Assembly (NCBI GenBank): GCA_963804165.1
Contig: CAWDPO010000045.1
Span: forward strand, 224,001-288,000
DNA: 64,000 nucleotides
Source of the DNA: an uncultured delta proteobacterium
Lineage (GTDB): Bacteria; Desulfobacterota; Binatia; UBA9968
Reading direction: 5' to 3'
Part shown: positions 54,783-64,000 of the stretch, piece by piece
Layout: each line of letters starts with the position of its first letter
Position numbering within the stretch: the stretch's first letter is position 1
Position numbers and translations under genes: made by a program
The notes under the pieces: model-generated
The model's input: the letters and a program-made list of their open reading frames with translations, nothing else
The model's database searches: none
What the model was told of the DNA's origin: nothing

Positions 54783-55475
54783 TCAGTCGATGATTCTAAC
54801 CCGGCTATCAGCGGTCTTAGCCTTTTGTACCGGCGGGGTGAAAGTCGCCGTGCGGCCGTCCTTGGTCGCAACCGTGATCCGATAATCGAATGATCCTAAC
54901 GGATAATCCGGCGGAATATCCCAGGAACCGTCCCACATCCACGCGGAATCCGGCAGTGCTGCCACGCTGCCGCGGATTGCCCAGCGCGCCGCAACTTCTT
55001 CGCCATGCGGCAACACGACCTTGAGCGTCGCGCCGTCCCTATCCGTCACTCGCTTACCCGTGGACGTATCGAGGACCTCGAAGCGAAAGACGATTCTCAT
55101 GCCACGTTTAAACACGCCACTCTGAATACAGGGTTGCGTCGGTGTGAACCCATATCGACTCGGCCCCGTGCTCGTCAGGGTTTCCACGTAAAAGAAATAC
55201 GGACCCACAGGTTCATAATAGGAGGCTGGTGTCGGGTGCGGCGGCGGCTTCGGCGGCCCCCCCGAAGGCGGCGGTGGCGGTGGGCCCTTTTTCACGCCGA
55301 GAACGAGCATGGCATCCGCGCTCGCTTGGGTTGCCAGCGGCACCGCGGTTTGCGCTTTGGTCTTGGCCTCATCGGCCGGCGTTACCGCCGACGGCGCGCA
55401 CGCCGCGATGAACGACCCGATGACCGTCGACAGCGCGAGGAAGAAAGAGCTTCGAATTGATGTTGGGAGCCTCAT
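54783..55475 (-). CDS. Hypothetical lipoprotein with Pro-rich linker
   Basis: Lipobox FIAAC; GPPPPPPSGGPPKPPP; C-terminal beta-rich domain W.IP.DYP.G...Y. Confidence 0.7.
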   Translation of the reverse strand: MRLPTSIRSSFFLALSTVIGSFIAACAPSAVTPADEAKTKAQTAVPLATQASADAMLVLGVKKGPPPPPPSGGPPKPPPHPTPASYYEPVGPYFFYVETLTSTGPSRYGFTPTQPCIQSGVFKRGMRIVFRFEVLDTSTGKRVTDRDGATLKVVLPHGEEVAARWAIRGSVAALPDSAWMWDGSWDIPPDYPLGSFDYRITVATKDGRTATFTPPVQKAKTADSRVRIID

Positions 55476-55646
55476 ACCCTGCCCTCCTGTCACGTGCTCG
55501 TACAACCGCACGGTGAAGCTATCAAAGCATCTCTAGCCGGGCAGCAAACGTGCTGTAAAATAGGAGACCCGTCCATCAACTGTCAAGCCGAAACTAAGCG
55601 AACGAATCGAATGTATTCGCCTTTGAGCCTGCCTACTGCCAGCGGA

Positions 55647-57299
55647 TTAATTCTCTCCGCTGGCAAACACTGATTGCGCGATTTGTAACGCTTCGTCTTG
55701 AATTTTTTTCAGGTGCTCTTCCGAGAGCAGACTTTCGGCGTAGATCTTACACAAATCCTCGGTGCCCGACGGCCGCACCGCAAACCAGCCGCTGCGCGCC
55801 GCAACTTTGAGGCCGCCGATCTCCGCGCCGTTTCCCGGCGCGGTTGTCAGCTTGGCAATAATCGGTTCGCCGGCCAGCTCAGTGGCCCTAAGGGACTCGG
55901 GACGAAGTAATTTGAGAGCTTGTTTCTGCGCTTGGGTTGCCGGTAAATCCACGCGCGCGTAACTGGGCCGCCCAAGCTCCTTGGTCAACTCTTCGTACCA
56001 GGCTCCGGGATCGCGCCCGGTCGTCGCGATGATCTCGGCGGCGAGCAGAGAAAGAATGATGCCATCTTTGTCGGTTGTCCACACCGTTCCATTTCGGCAG
56101 AGAAAGCTCGCGCCCGCGCTTTCCTCGCCGCCGAAACAAATTGTCCCGTCGAAAAGACCTTGAGAAAACCATTTGAATCCGACCGGAACTTCAAAAAGTT
56201 TTCTGCCGAGCCGTTCGACCACTCTGTCGATAAGCGAGCTGCTAACCAACGTTTTGCCGACCGCTGCATCCTCGTTCCACTCGGGCCGATGCGTGAGCAA
56301 ATAATTGATCGCCACCGCGAGGTAATGATTTGGATTCATCAGACCGAGGGACGGCGTCACGATGCCGTGGCGGTCCGAGTCGGCGTCATTTCCCACGGCG
56401 ATTTGAAATCGATCTTTGAGGCTGACCAAACTCGCCATCGCGTATGGGCTTGAGCAGTCCATCCTGATCTTGCCGTCATGATCCAAGGTCATGAAGCGAA
56501 ATGTCGGATCGATCTTGTCATTGACCACCGTGAGATCGAGTCGATAGCGCTCGGCAATTCTCTGCCAATACGCGAGCGCCGCACCTCCCAGCGGATCGAC
56601 GCCGATCTTTACACGCGCCGAGCGAATCGCGTCCATATCGATCACCGCCGTCAGATCGTCGACGTAGGGACCGAGTAAATCATCTTCATGCGTGGTGGCA
56701 GATTTGAGCGCCGCGTCATAGGCAATTTTTCTCACCGAGAGATTATTTTCTCGCAACAGCTCGTTAGCGCGCCGCTGAATCCAGTCAGTCACGTCGGTGT
56801 CCGCCGGGCCGCCTTGCGGCGGATTGTATTTGAAACCGCCGTCCCCGGGCGGGTTGTGCGACGGCGTGACCACGATGCCGTCGGCCAGGTGATCCTTCCC
56901 ATCGCGGTTATGAACCAAGATCGCGCGTGAAATTGACGGCGTCGGCGTAAAGCCATCGTCTCGCTGGATGACCGTTTCAACCCCATTGGCGGCGAGCACT
57001 TCGAGCGCGCTCTTCTGTGCCGGGCCCGACACCGCATGCGTGTCCTTGCCCATGAACAGCGGTCCGGTGATTTTTTTGCTGGCGCGGTATTCGCAGATTG
57101 CTTGGGTGATGGCGAGAATGTGCGCCTCGTTGAGCGTGCCGTCGAGCGGGCTGCCGCGATGACCGCTAGTGCCGAAACTCACCAACTGGCGAGGATCATC
57201 GACATCGGGTCGTTTCTGGTAATAGGTTTTCTCGAGGCGATCAACGTCGATCAGAACATCGGCCGGGGCCGGTTTTCCTGCGAGCGGATGAATGGCCAT
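55647..57299 (-). CDS. pgm: Phosphoglucomutase (alpha-D-glucose-1,6-bisphosphate-dependent)
   Basis: [43 protein letters not shown]. Confidence 0.96.
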   Translation of the reverse strand: MAIHPLAGKPAPADVLIDVDRLEKTYYQKRPDVDDPRQLVSFGTSGHRGSPLDGTLNEAHILAITQAICEYRASKKITGPLFMGKDTHAVSGPAQKSALEVLAANGVETVIQRDDGFTPTPSISRAILVHNRDGKDHLADGIVVTPSHNPPGDGGFKYNPPQGGPADTDVTDWIQRRANELLRENNLSVRKIAYDAALKSATTHEDDLLGPYVDDLTAVIDMDAIRSARVKIGVDPLGGAALAYWQRIAERYRLDLTVVNDKIDPTFRFMTLDHDGKIRMDCSSPYAMASLVSLKDRFQIAVGNDADSDRHGIVTPSLGLMNPNHYLAVAINYLLTHRPEWNEDAAVGKTLVSSSLIDRVVERLGRKLFEVPVGFKWFSQGLFDGTICFGGEESAGASFLCRNGTVWTTDKDGIILSLLAAEIIATTGRDPGAWYEELTKELGRPSYARVDLPATQAQKQALKLLRPESLRATELAGEPIIAKLTTAPGNGAEIGGLKVAARSGWFAVRPSGTEDLCKIYAESLLSEEHLKKIQDEALQIAQSVFASGEN

Positions 57300-57414
57300 G
57301 TACAATCCCTTCGTAACGGCGCTGACTTTAAACGCAGGCCACAATGTTATCTTAATTTATACAACGAGGAGAATGTAGATCATAGCCGCGACGGAAATTG
57401 TTTGGACCGCGCTC

Positions 57415-58795
57415 TTAAAACACTTCCAACGCATAGAGTTTGGCGTTTTCGATGGCGACTTTGAGCACGACGTCGTCTTTGATGGAAGTTTGCACCGCGT
57501 GATCCAAAGCATCGCAGTCCGGCGATGGCGAAAGACTTCGTCTTGCCGTCGCGCGAAACAGCGTCGATCACAATTCTGCCGCCGCGGCAGTCGGCGTTGA
57601 TTTTGATTTGCCCTTTCCGACTTTCGAGCGGCACGGTCGTAAATCGGCCGCTGGACGATGTGGCGTAAACAAACCCGTCTTTTCGCAAGGTTGCAAGTCC
57701 GATGCAGAAGCGATGATGCTGTTCATCATACGGGCTGTCTTTCTCACCCGCGGCGTGGTCAAAATTGGCGCCGCCGTAGTACACGCGCACCTGGTCTTTC
57801 AAAAACAGTGGTTGTCCCGCAGTCGTGATCATGCCGCTGTCCCAAGCGTTCGCGCCAAGCGGGATTAGCGGCGTATCCGAAAATCTTTTCCAGCTCTTGC
57901 CGTCGGCGCTGCCGGCGAGAAAGACCTCGATCTTGCCCTGATGCGTGCCGTGTTCGAGTCTCATGGTCGACATAGAAAAGCCACAGCAAACCCAAATAAC
58001 CATCGCCGTAGTTGAATCCACAGAGCCCGTAATAATCGGCCCAGCACAGACCATTGTCTCGCGCCAGTCGGTCTTCGTCATCGCCGGGAATCCATATCGT
58101 CGTCGGGTCGCTCCAGTGGACGAAATCATCGCTCTCGGACAAGCCGACGCACCTTCTCGTCCGGCCTTCGCCATCGCTCTCATAGGTTTTCACGTGACTC
58201 ACGAACTTGCCCGTGCGCGTGTCTTTGAATGCCGGCGCGACGTCGCTGAACCAAGTTTTACGATTATTCTTGGCGGGAAACTTGAGCAGCGGGATCACCG
58301 GGTTTTCAACGGCGGGATAAAAATCAATGCCGTCTTTGGAAAACGCCGCGCAATAACCCCTGCCGATAAAACCGAAAAGTTTGAAGGGGCGAGCGCGATC
58401 GATCGGATCGTAAACCATGCTCGGCATGTGCAGGTCGAGGACTACGTTGGACTTGACCCGCAGCGGCCGAGCTGCGCTTGTGCATAATTCAGCGCCACCC
58501 GCCGATGCCACCGTCGGACCGACGCTCGGCTGTTCGACAGAAAACCTATTGACTAGCGGTTTTTCCCACTTGATGCCGTCGCGCGAGCGGGCGTAGGCAA
58601 CATAGATTCCGCCCGCCTGGTACCACATCCGGTAAATCGTCGTCTTGAGCACCGAACCATAGAGATAGGCCACACATTTTCCCACGGATACTCGGGCACG
58701 AGGACGGGATCGCCGTGCTTCACGGCGTCGCCTTGTTTGAAATCGATTCCCTCTAACCAGGCGATCTGACTCGAGTAAGGGAAAACTATTTTCAT
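57415..58795 (-). CDS. Beta-propeller glycoside-hydrolase-like hypothetical protein, frameshifted
   Basis: P.YPWE, YGSV, RMWY, ARSRDGIKWEKP, SDDFVHWS, WDSG, IGLATLRKDGF, ends AKLYALEVF*. Confidence 0.7.
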
Positions 58796-58914
58796 CCGGT
58801 GTTAAAGAGGCGAGCTTAGATGTGAATGATTCTAGCGCAATCGAACAAAGTTAGCTAAATGAATCAAAGTAATCAGACGACGATTAATCTCGTAGTCACT
58901 GAAAAAAGCAAAGA

Positions 58915-58995
58915 ATGCTTCGACGCGCTCAGCATGAACGGAAGTTTCTGCGCGATTTCTGTGTTAACTCCGTTCGTCCCGAGCTTGTCGAGGGA
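58915..58995. repeat. REP-like inverted doublet (cttcgacNNgctcag family)
   Basis: atgcttcgacgcgctcagcatgaacgga ... tccgttcgtcccgagcttgtcgaggga. Confidence 0.8.
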
Positions 58996-59052
58996 GTCCA
59001 AAAAGTTTTTCATTATCCGCTAAGGAGATACTAGTCTAATCTGGGGATAAAT

Positions 59053-60072
59053 CTATAAGTTTTTTAACGCGGGCATCACCCGCTCGGCGAACAGACGAAT
59101 ATTTTTCAGCGCCATTTCCTGCGGCATGCCACCGAAGTGAAACGTGCCGGAGAACGTCGTGATGCCGCCTTCTTCATGCCAACGCTGGATCGTGTCACTA
59201 CAGCGCTCAGGATCGCCGACGATGATAAAACCACGCGCCATATCGGAGCCGATGTCGCGTTCGGTCAATCGGCGGCTGGGATCGGCCGCGTGATGAAGAT
59301 CGCTGTAGTTTTTCATGAACGGCGCCGCTTCGCGCATGCCGCGCTCGAAACTATCCGAAACGTAGATGTGAAATTTGCCCAACACTTCGCGCCGGACGAA
59401 ATCATGCCCGCTTTTTGCCAACGCGCCGCGATAAATTTTTATCAGGTCGTGCAGTGCGTCTGTCGTCGGATGAACGAAAGGGACGGTCATCAAGTCGTAA
59501 TCCATTTCACCGGCCCAGCGAAACGTTTCCTCGCTGCGCGTCGCGCCGACCCAGATCGGCGGACGCGGCCGCTGCACGGGTTTGGGCAGAATATTGACGT
59601 TGTCGTAGTTATAGAATTGGCCGTGAAAGTTGATCGGCGCGTCCGACCACGCCTGGCGAATGATCTCCGCGCTCTCGCTGAACCGCGCGGTCGCCTCGTC
59701 TCGGCTCGCGCCGAATTTTCGGTACTCCACCGGCTCGCTACCCTTGCCGATACCAAAATCGATGCGGCCGTTGGAGATGACATCGGCCATGGCATAGGCT
59801 TCCGCCAACTCCAAAGGACTATGCAGCGGCAGCACGGCCACCGCCACGCCGAGACGGATCCTTGAGGTCATCTGCGCGACGGCGGATAAAAAAGTCGGCG
59901 GATGAGGCAGCGTGCCGCCATAGCCGCCGAAGTGATGCTCGGTGACCCAGGCCTGGTCAAAGCCAAGCTTCTCCACCTCGACGATCTGCTCGAACATGCA
60001 GCGATAGTAGTCCGCCAGCGTGCCGTCGACCTCCGGCATGTAGGTGGGAAGAATATGGGTGCCAAATTTCAT
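59053..60072 (-). CDS. LLM-class flavin-dependent oxidoreductase
   Basis: TEHHF, TSRIRLG, SNGRIDFGIG, PKPVQRPRPPIWVG, RLFAERVMP. Confidence 0.92.
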   Translation of the reverse strand: MKFGTHILPTYMPEVDGTLADYYRCMFEQIVEVEKLGFDQAWVTEHHFGGYGGTLPHPPTFLSAVAQMTSRIRLGVAVAVLPLHSPLELAEAYAMADVISNGRIDFGIGKGSEPVEYRKFGASRDEATARFSESAEIIRQAWSDAPINFHGQFYNYDNVNILPKPVQRPRPPIWVGATRSEETFRWAGEMDYDLMTVPFVHPTTDALHDLIKIYRGALAKSGHDFVRREVLGKFHIYVSDSFERGMREAAPFMKNYSDLHHAADPSRRLTERDIGSDMARGFIIVGDPERCSDTIQRWHEEGGITTFSGTFHFGGMPQEMALKNIRLFAERVMPALKNL

Positions 60073-60079
60073 GGCGCCA

Positions 60080-61105
60080 TTAAAACAAAATCGTTTTCAA
60101 CTTGGCCAACAGGCCGGCATCCAGCTTGAAAATGCCTTCCACCGTTTTTCTCATGTCCTCGGCGGTTACCGGCGCGAGGCCGATCTTCGCTTTGTCCGCC
60201 TCTCCGATAAAGTCGTTGTCTTTGACGGTCTCCTGCAAGGCCTTCTGTAGGATTTGCGCGCGTTCGATCGGTGTACCCGGCGGCAGCGCCAAGGTCTTGG
60301 TAATTTTGCTCGGATAGTGAATGCCGTATTCGATCAATTGTTTGGCTTCCGCCGTCTTGGCGAGATCGATGGCGAGCGGCACCTTGGGCAAGTCGGGAAA
60401 TGCTTTCGGCACTGTTTGCAACACGATCGTCACCGTGCCCGATTCAAGCGCCTTCTGCCAAGTACCGCGCATGGAGTCCCAACCCCAAGTCGTGCCGTCG
60501 ATCTCGCCGCTCTCCGCGGCGATGCGCATGTCCGCCGTGCCCTTATAGCCGGAAATGACCTGGATTGGCAGATTGAGCGCGGCTTTGACGACTTTAATGA
60601 CATTGTCGGTGCCGAACGCTCCGGGCCCGGTAGTGCCCAGCTTCAACGGCGTCTTTGCCGCGAACCACTTATCCATACTGTTGATGCCGCTCGCTTTGGT
60701 CAGCGCAATCGCGCTCTCATCGCGCGCCACGGCGCCGACGAAAACAAATTTCTGGACGTCAAATTCGATGCCCGGCTGCCCCATCACCTGGCTGTAAGCA
60801 AACCCGCCGCTGAAGTGGCCGAAGGTGAGACCATCAGGCTTGGCGACTTTGAAGATATGATTGGCCGCCAGCAAGCTCCCCGCGCCGGTCATGTTCTCGA
60901 CGAGAATGGTCGGGTGCCCAGGAATATACTTGGGCATATGGCGGGACAGCATGCGCGCCAGCGCATCGTAACCGCCGCCGGGTGAAAACCCCACGATGAT
61001 GCGAATGGTTTTGCCTTCGTAGAAGTTGCTTTGCGCCATGCCGGTATGGACGGCAAAAAGTGTCCAGGCAGTAAAAATCGTGAGCGGGACGACGAATTTT
61101 CTCAT
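60080..61105 (-). CDS. Bug/TctC substrate-binding protein
   Basis: FYEGKTIRIIVGFSPGGGYD, KPDGLT, GYKGT, PPGTP. Confidence 0.92.
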   Translation of the reverse strand: MRKFVVPLTIFTAWTLFAVHTGMAQSNFYEGKTIRIIVGFSPGGGYDALARMLSRHMPKYIPGHPTILVENMTGAGSLLAANHIFKVAKPDGLTFGHFSGGFAYSQVMGQPGIEFDVQKFVFVGAVARDESAIALTKASGINSMDKWFAAKTPLKLGTTGPGAFGTDNVIKVVKAALNLPIQVISGYKGTADMRIAAESGEIDGTTWGWDSMRGTWQKALESGTVTIVLQTVPKAFPDLPKVPLAIDLAKTAEAKQLIEYGIHYPSKITKTLALPPGTPIERAQILQKALQETVKDNDFIGEADKAKIGLAPVTAEDMRKTVEGIFKLDAGLLAKLKTILF

Positions 61106-61209
61106 CGGCAAACCTCCTCGAGAATCGGCCCAAAGCTAGTTGAACTGTCGCTTGGGCGTCAAGCGAAAACAACGGGGATGCGATCCACCGGACCCTTGCG
61201 CGGCTTCGC

Positions 61210-62064
61210 CTAATCTTCTTTCAGGTAATCCTGCCAAACGTGCTGAGGCTTGAAGCCGAGCATACGCCGCGCCTTGGCAGAATCGACGCAACTCCAGTGG
61301 GTACCGGCCATTTTTTTTATCTTGGCGCCTTTTGGCAGATATTTTTTGACCAGCTCCAGTGTCGGCTGGATCATGCAATTTTTCGGAGCCGACGCGATGA
61401 AGACTTCGTGGCCCTTGAATTTCGCCTCCAAGGCCAATCGGCAAGTGGTCGCGGCGTCGCGCGCATCGATGTAGGTCCAGAAACCGCTCGCCCGCGTCGG
61501 CGGATTGCGCCAGCGCTCTCTGAAGGTTTCGTAAGACAGATCGAAGTTGACGCCGGGAAAGCGCAAGCTGCTTATCGTCATATCGCCATTTACCGAAACG
61601 ATCGAATCGGCAATCTGCTCGCCAAGCACTTTGGACAGGCCGTAGGAGTCCTGCGGCTTGGACGGATGATTCTCGTCGAGCGGAAGATACTCCGGCGCCC
61701 ACAGTTTGGTGGCATAGATGAATCCAAACGCCGCCGTGCTCGACGCGATGACGACTTTCTTCACGCCCATATCTGCCGCAGCCCGTAGCACGTTGTAAGT
61801 CGCCGACACATTGTTGCTGAGCGTTTCCGCGTCCGGCGCGAGATTGGGCGCCTGATAGGCGCCGAGGTGAATAATGCCGTAAGCATCCTTCAGCGCCTCG
61901 AACAGATCTCCAGAGCGTCGCAGATCGGCAAGCCAGCTCGTGCAAAGTTTTTCCCGCGGCGGGACTCTGTCTATGCTGAGCACCTGGAAGCCGTGAGCCA
62001 GCAGATCGCGAATCACGAACTGCCCCAGTTTTCCGCTGCCGCCGGTCACCACGACTTTTTTCAT
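61210..62064 (-). CDS. NAD-dependent epimerase/dehydratase (extended SDR)
   Basis: VTGGSGKLG, ASST, YGLSK. Confidence 0.92.
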   Translation of the reverse strand: MKKVVVTGGSGKLGQFVIRDLLAHGFQVLSIDRVPPREKLCTSWLADLRRSGDLFEALKDAYGIIHLGAYQAPNLAPDAETLSNNVSATYNVLRAAADMGVKKVVIASSTAAFGFIYATKLWAPEYLPLDENHPSKPQDSYGLSKVLGEQIADSIVSVNGDMTISSLRFPGVNFDLSYETFRERWRNPPTRASGFWTYIDARDAATTCRLALEAKFKGHEVFIASAPKNCMIQPTLELVKKYLPKGAKIKKMAGTHWSCVDSAKARRMLGFKPQHVWQDYLKED

Positions 62065-62089
62065 TTCAATCGAAATCTCCTCCTACGCG

Positions 62090-62125
62090 TTGAACGGTTT
62101 GAACGGCTTGAACGATTTGAACTAA
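62090..62125. repeat. 9-bp tandem repeat (ttgaacgNN)x4
   Basis: ttgaacggt ttgaacggc ttgaacgat ttgaactaa. Confidence 0.78.
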
Positions 62126-62136
62126 CGTTTTCTCGT

Positions 62137-63171
62137 CTAGCGTTTCGGTATCAGCAGGTCCTTGAGTTTGGCAATCAGCGGTGGCGGCAGGTCATAAAGG
62201 CCCGCGAAAGTCTTCGCGGTGGTCGGTCCGTCGATCGGCGCGACCTCCAAGTCGGCCTTTTTTGCTTCCGCGGCAAGCTCGGGATCGCGCAGTGCTTTGA
62301 CGAACGCCTGTTGCAACACTTGCAGGCGGTCAGGCGGAGTCCCCGGCGCGACGGAATAAGGGAATTGATAGACGTGCACGTTATCCGCGACCCGCAACAG
62401 AGTTTTTGCGTCCTCAGTTTTGGCATAATTAATCGCCAGGGGAACTTTCTTTAAATCAGGATGCGACTTCAGCGTGGCCTGCAGCACGACGTGAATTTTT
62501 GCCGATTCCATCTGGCTGCGCCAAGTCACCTTGGTCGCTTGCCAAGAGGCGCAGAGGCCGTCGGCTTCGCCGCTTTCTACTGCGAGCCGGGCCTCGGCGC
62601 CGCCCTTGTAGCCTTCGATCATTTCCAGCGGCAGGTGTAGCGCTTCTTTGAGTAGCTTGGGAACATCGGACAGACTTGTCCCTGGTCCGATGGAAGCGAT
62701 TTTTAGCGGCCGTTTTGAATTGAACCAATCGTCGACGGTTTTAATCCCGCTCTCGCGGTTAAAGTGACACGCGGTATCGTAAGGACCAGGAATGCCGGCC
62801 CAGCCGACTTTGCGGGCGTCGAACTTCGTCGCTTCGTTTCCCATGATCTGCTGTAGGATCAGCGGCGAAGCCCAAGCCGCGATCGTAAGCCCATCCGGCT
62901 TCACGCGGTTGTAAAGATGATTGGCCGCAATAATTCCGCCCGCGCCAGGCATGTTTTCCACGATCCTCGTCGGATTCCCGGTGACGTGCTTGCCGATATG
63001 ACGCGCGATCAGGCGGGTGTACTGATCGTAGGTTCCGCCCGGCGAATAGCCGACGATGAAAGTTAGCGTCTTGTCTTTCAAGAAATCCTGCGCGCGGGCT
63101 TCAGCCGCGCAACTAATGACAACCGCAGCAGCAACTACGTTTACGATCCATCGATAACGTTTTCGGCTCAT
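62137..63171 (-). CDS. Bug/TctC substrate-binding protein
   Basis: IVGYSPGGTYD, ENMPGAGG, KPDGLT, GYKGG, APGTP. Confidence 0.92.
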   Translation of the reverse strand: MSRKRYRWIVNVVAAAVVISCAAEARAQDFLKDKTLTFIVGYSPGGTYDQYTRLIARHIGKHVTGNPTRIVENMPGAGGIIAANHLYNRVKPDGLTIAAWASPLILQQIMGNEATKFDARKVGWAGIPGPYDTACHFNRESGIKTVDDWFNSKRPLKIASIGPGTSLSDVPKLLKEALHLPLEMIEGYKGGAEARLAVESGEADGLCASWQATKVTWRSQMESAKIHVVLQATLKSHPDLKKVPLAINYAKTEDAKTLLRVADNVHVYQFPYSVAPGTPPDRLQVLQQAFVKALRDPELAAEAKKADLEVAPIDGPTTAKTFAGLYDLPPPLIAKLKDLLIPKR

Positions 63172-63373
63172 GACGTTCTCCTTAGATAGGCAAAGCATCT
63201 TGTACTATATATGCCGGCGCCGTGCCACGGCGAGCCCACGCGTCCATCGAATAATCTCGCAACGATCGTTTTCAACGAGCCGACAAAACCTTCACGCGAG
63301 GCGGTCTCGCTTTCAGCTATGTTTTCGGTCAAACTTTAAGTAAGGCGTGCTTTAGTAATTGCTCGAACGAACT

Positions 63374-63604
63374 ATGGACAACCAGCAAAGTGATTTTTGG
63401 CAGAGCGTTCGGAATCTAAAAAAATCCGCAAAGGACAAAAAAATCGCCGGAGTTTGCGGCGGGTTCGGAGAGCATACTCCGATGCCCGCGTGGTTATGGC
63501 GGGCTTTGTTTCTCGTCTTGGTCTTCGTCTGGGGCATCGGCCTCGTCGCCTACATCGTCCTTTGGATCTGTATGCCGGCGCCGGATGAACAACAAGAGAT
63601 CTAG
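63374..63604 (+). CDS. PspC domain protein
   Basis: DKKIAGVCGGFGE...WR......YIVLWICMP. Confidence 0.9.
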   Translation: MDNQQSDFWQSVRNLKKSAKDKKIAGVCGGFGEHTPMPAWLWRALFLVLVFVWGIGLVAYIVLWICMPAPDEQQEI

Positions 63605-63707
63605 CGCTTGGCAGTTTCGGGAACGGTTCCAGGGTCCTGCTTACAACGATCTATGCAGACGATTCGAGACCACTGCAGATTGTCCAGCGATCAATCGTGA
63701 TCATCCT

Positions 63708-63896
63708 CTAGTGTGGTGTCCCAGAAGGTCGCAACATAAGTGAAACGTCATTCCGGGCAACCCCGGATCACAGTCCGGGGTTGCGCGACCCGGAATCCAG
63801 GAACTTCAAAGACATATGGATACCCTACCGGCTTTCGCCGGTATGACGGCAAAGAACCAACGACCTGTTTAACAAACTTCCGGGTCAGGACACTAG
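63708..63896. mobile_element. Putative MITE with CTAG ends carrying an internal REP-like palindrome
   Basis: ctagtgtggtgtcccagaag vs reverse complement of cttccgggtcaggacactag (16/20); interior gtcattccgg...ccggaatccag...accggctttcgccggtatgac. Confidence 0.6.
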
Positions 63897-63967
63897 TTCC
63901 TTAACTCTGCTGATCGATCGCACTCAATTTGATCATTTCGCGCTCTCAGTAACCCGAGCTTAATCTG

Positions 63968-63988
63968 GTGTTAACGGACCGTTAACAC
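63968..63988. promoter_or_regulatory. Perfect palindrome, candidate operator
   Basis: gtgttaacgg-a-ccgttaacac. Confidence 0.5.
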
Positions 63989-64000
63989 GCCGGGGCTACT

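Overview
GC-rich bacterial chromosome segment. The gene content suggests Candidatus Binatia/Binatota or a similar uncultured lineage (inference, not tested). It carries nine SsuA/THI5/NMT1-type ABC solute-binding proteins, three Bug/TctC binding proteins, three luciferase-like monooxygenases, three amidohydrolases and many short intergenic repeats. At least seven genes carry 1-bp frameshifts, consistent with an unpolished long-read assembly. Accessory content includes an intact IS1182-family element (18-bp TIRs, 4-bp TSD) inserted inside a small palindromic element. There is also a decaying defence island at 7.2-15.4 kb: a 5'-truncated rtcB fused head-to-head to a 5'-truncated hsdM, then hsdS, an Abi_C/HEPN-like gene, an AlbA_2/Schlafen gene and hsdR with an amber stop. 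The top candidate novelty is a class III adenylate cyclase (19416-20186) at the end of the ABC operon. An in-frame TGA completes a CxxC...CxxU motif and is followed 10 nt later by a 17-nt SECIS-like hairpin, making it a putative selenocysteine-containing nucleotide cyclase. Also notable are REP-like palindromes inserted in frame inside hsdM and hsdR, and a synonymously diverged duplicate of the promoter and 5' end of the ABC ATPase gene. I saw no rRNA, tRNA, CRISPR array or integrase.
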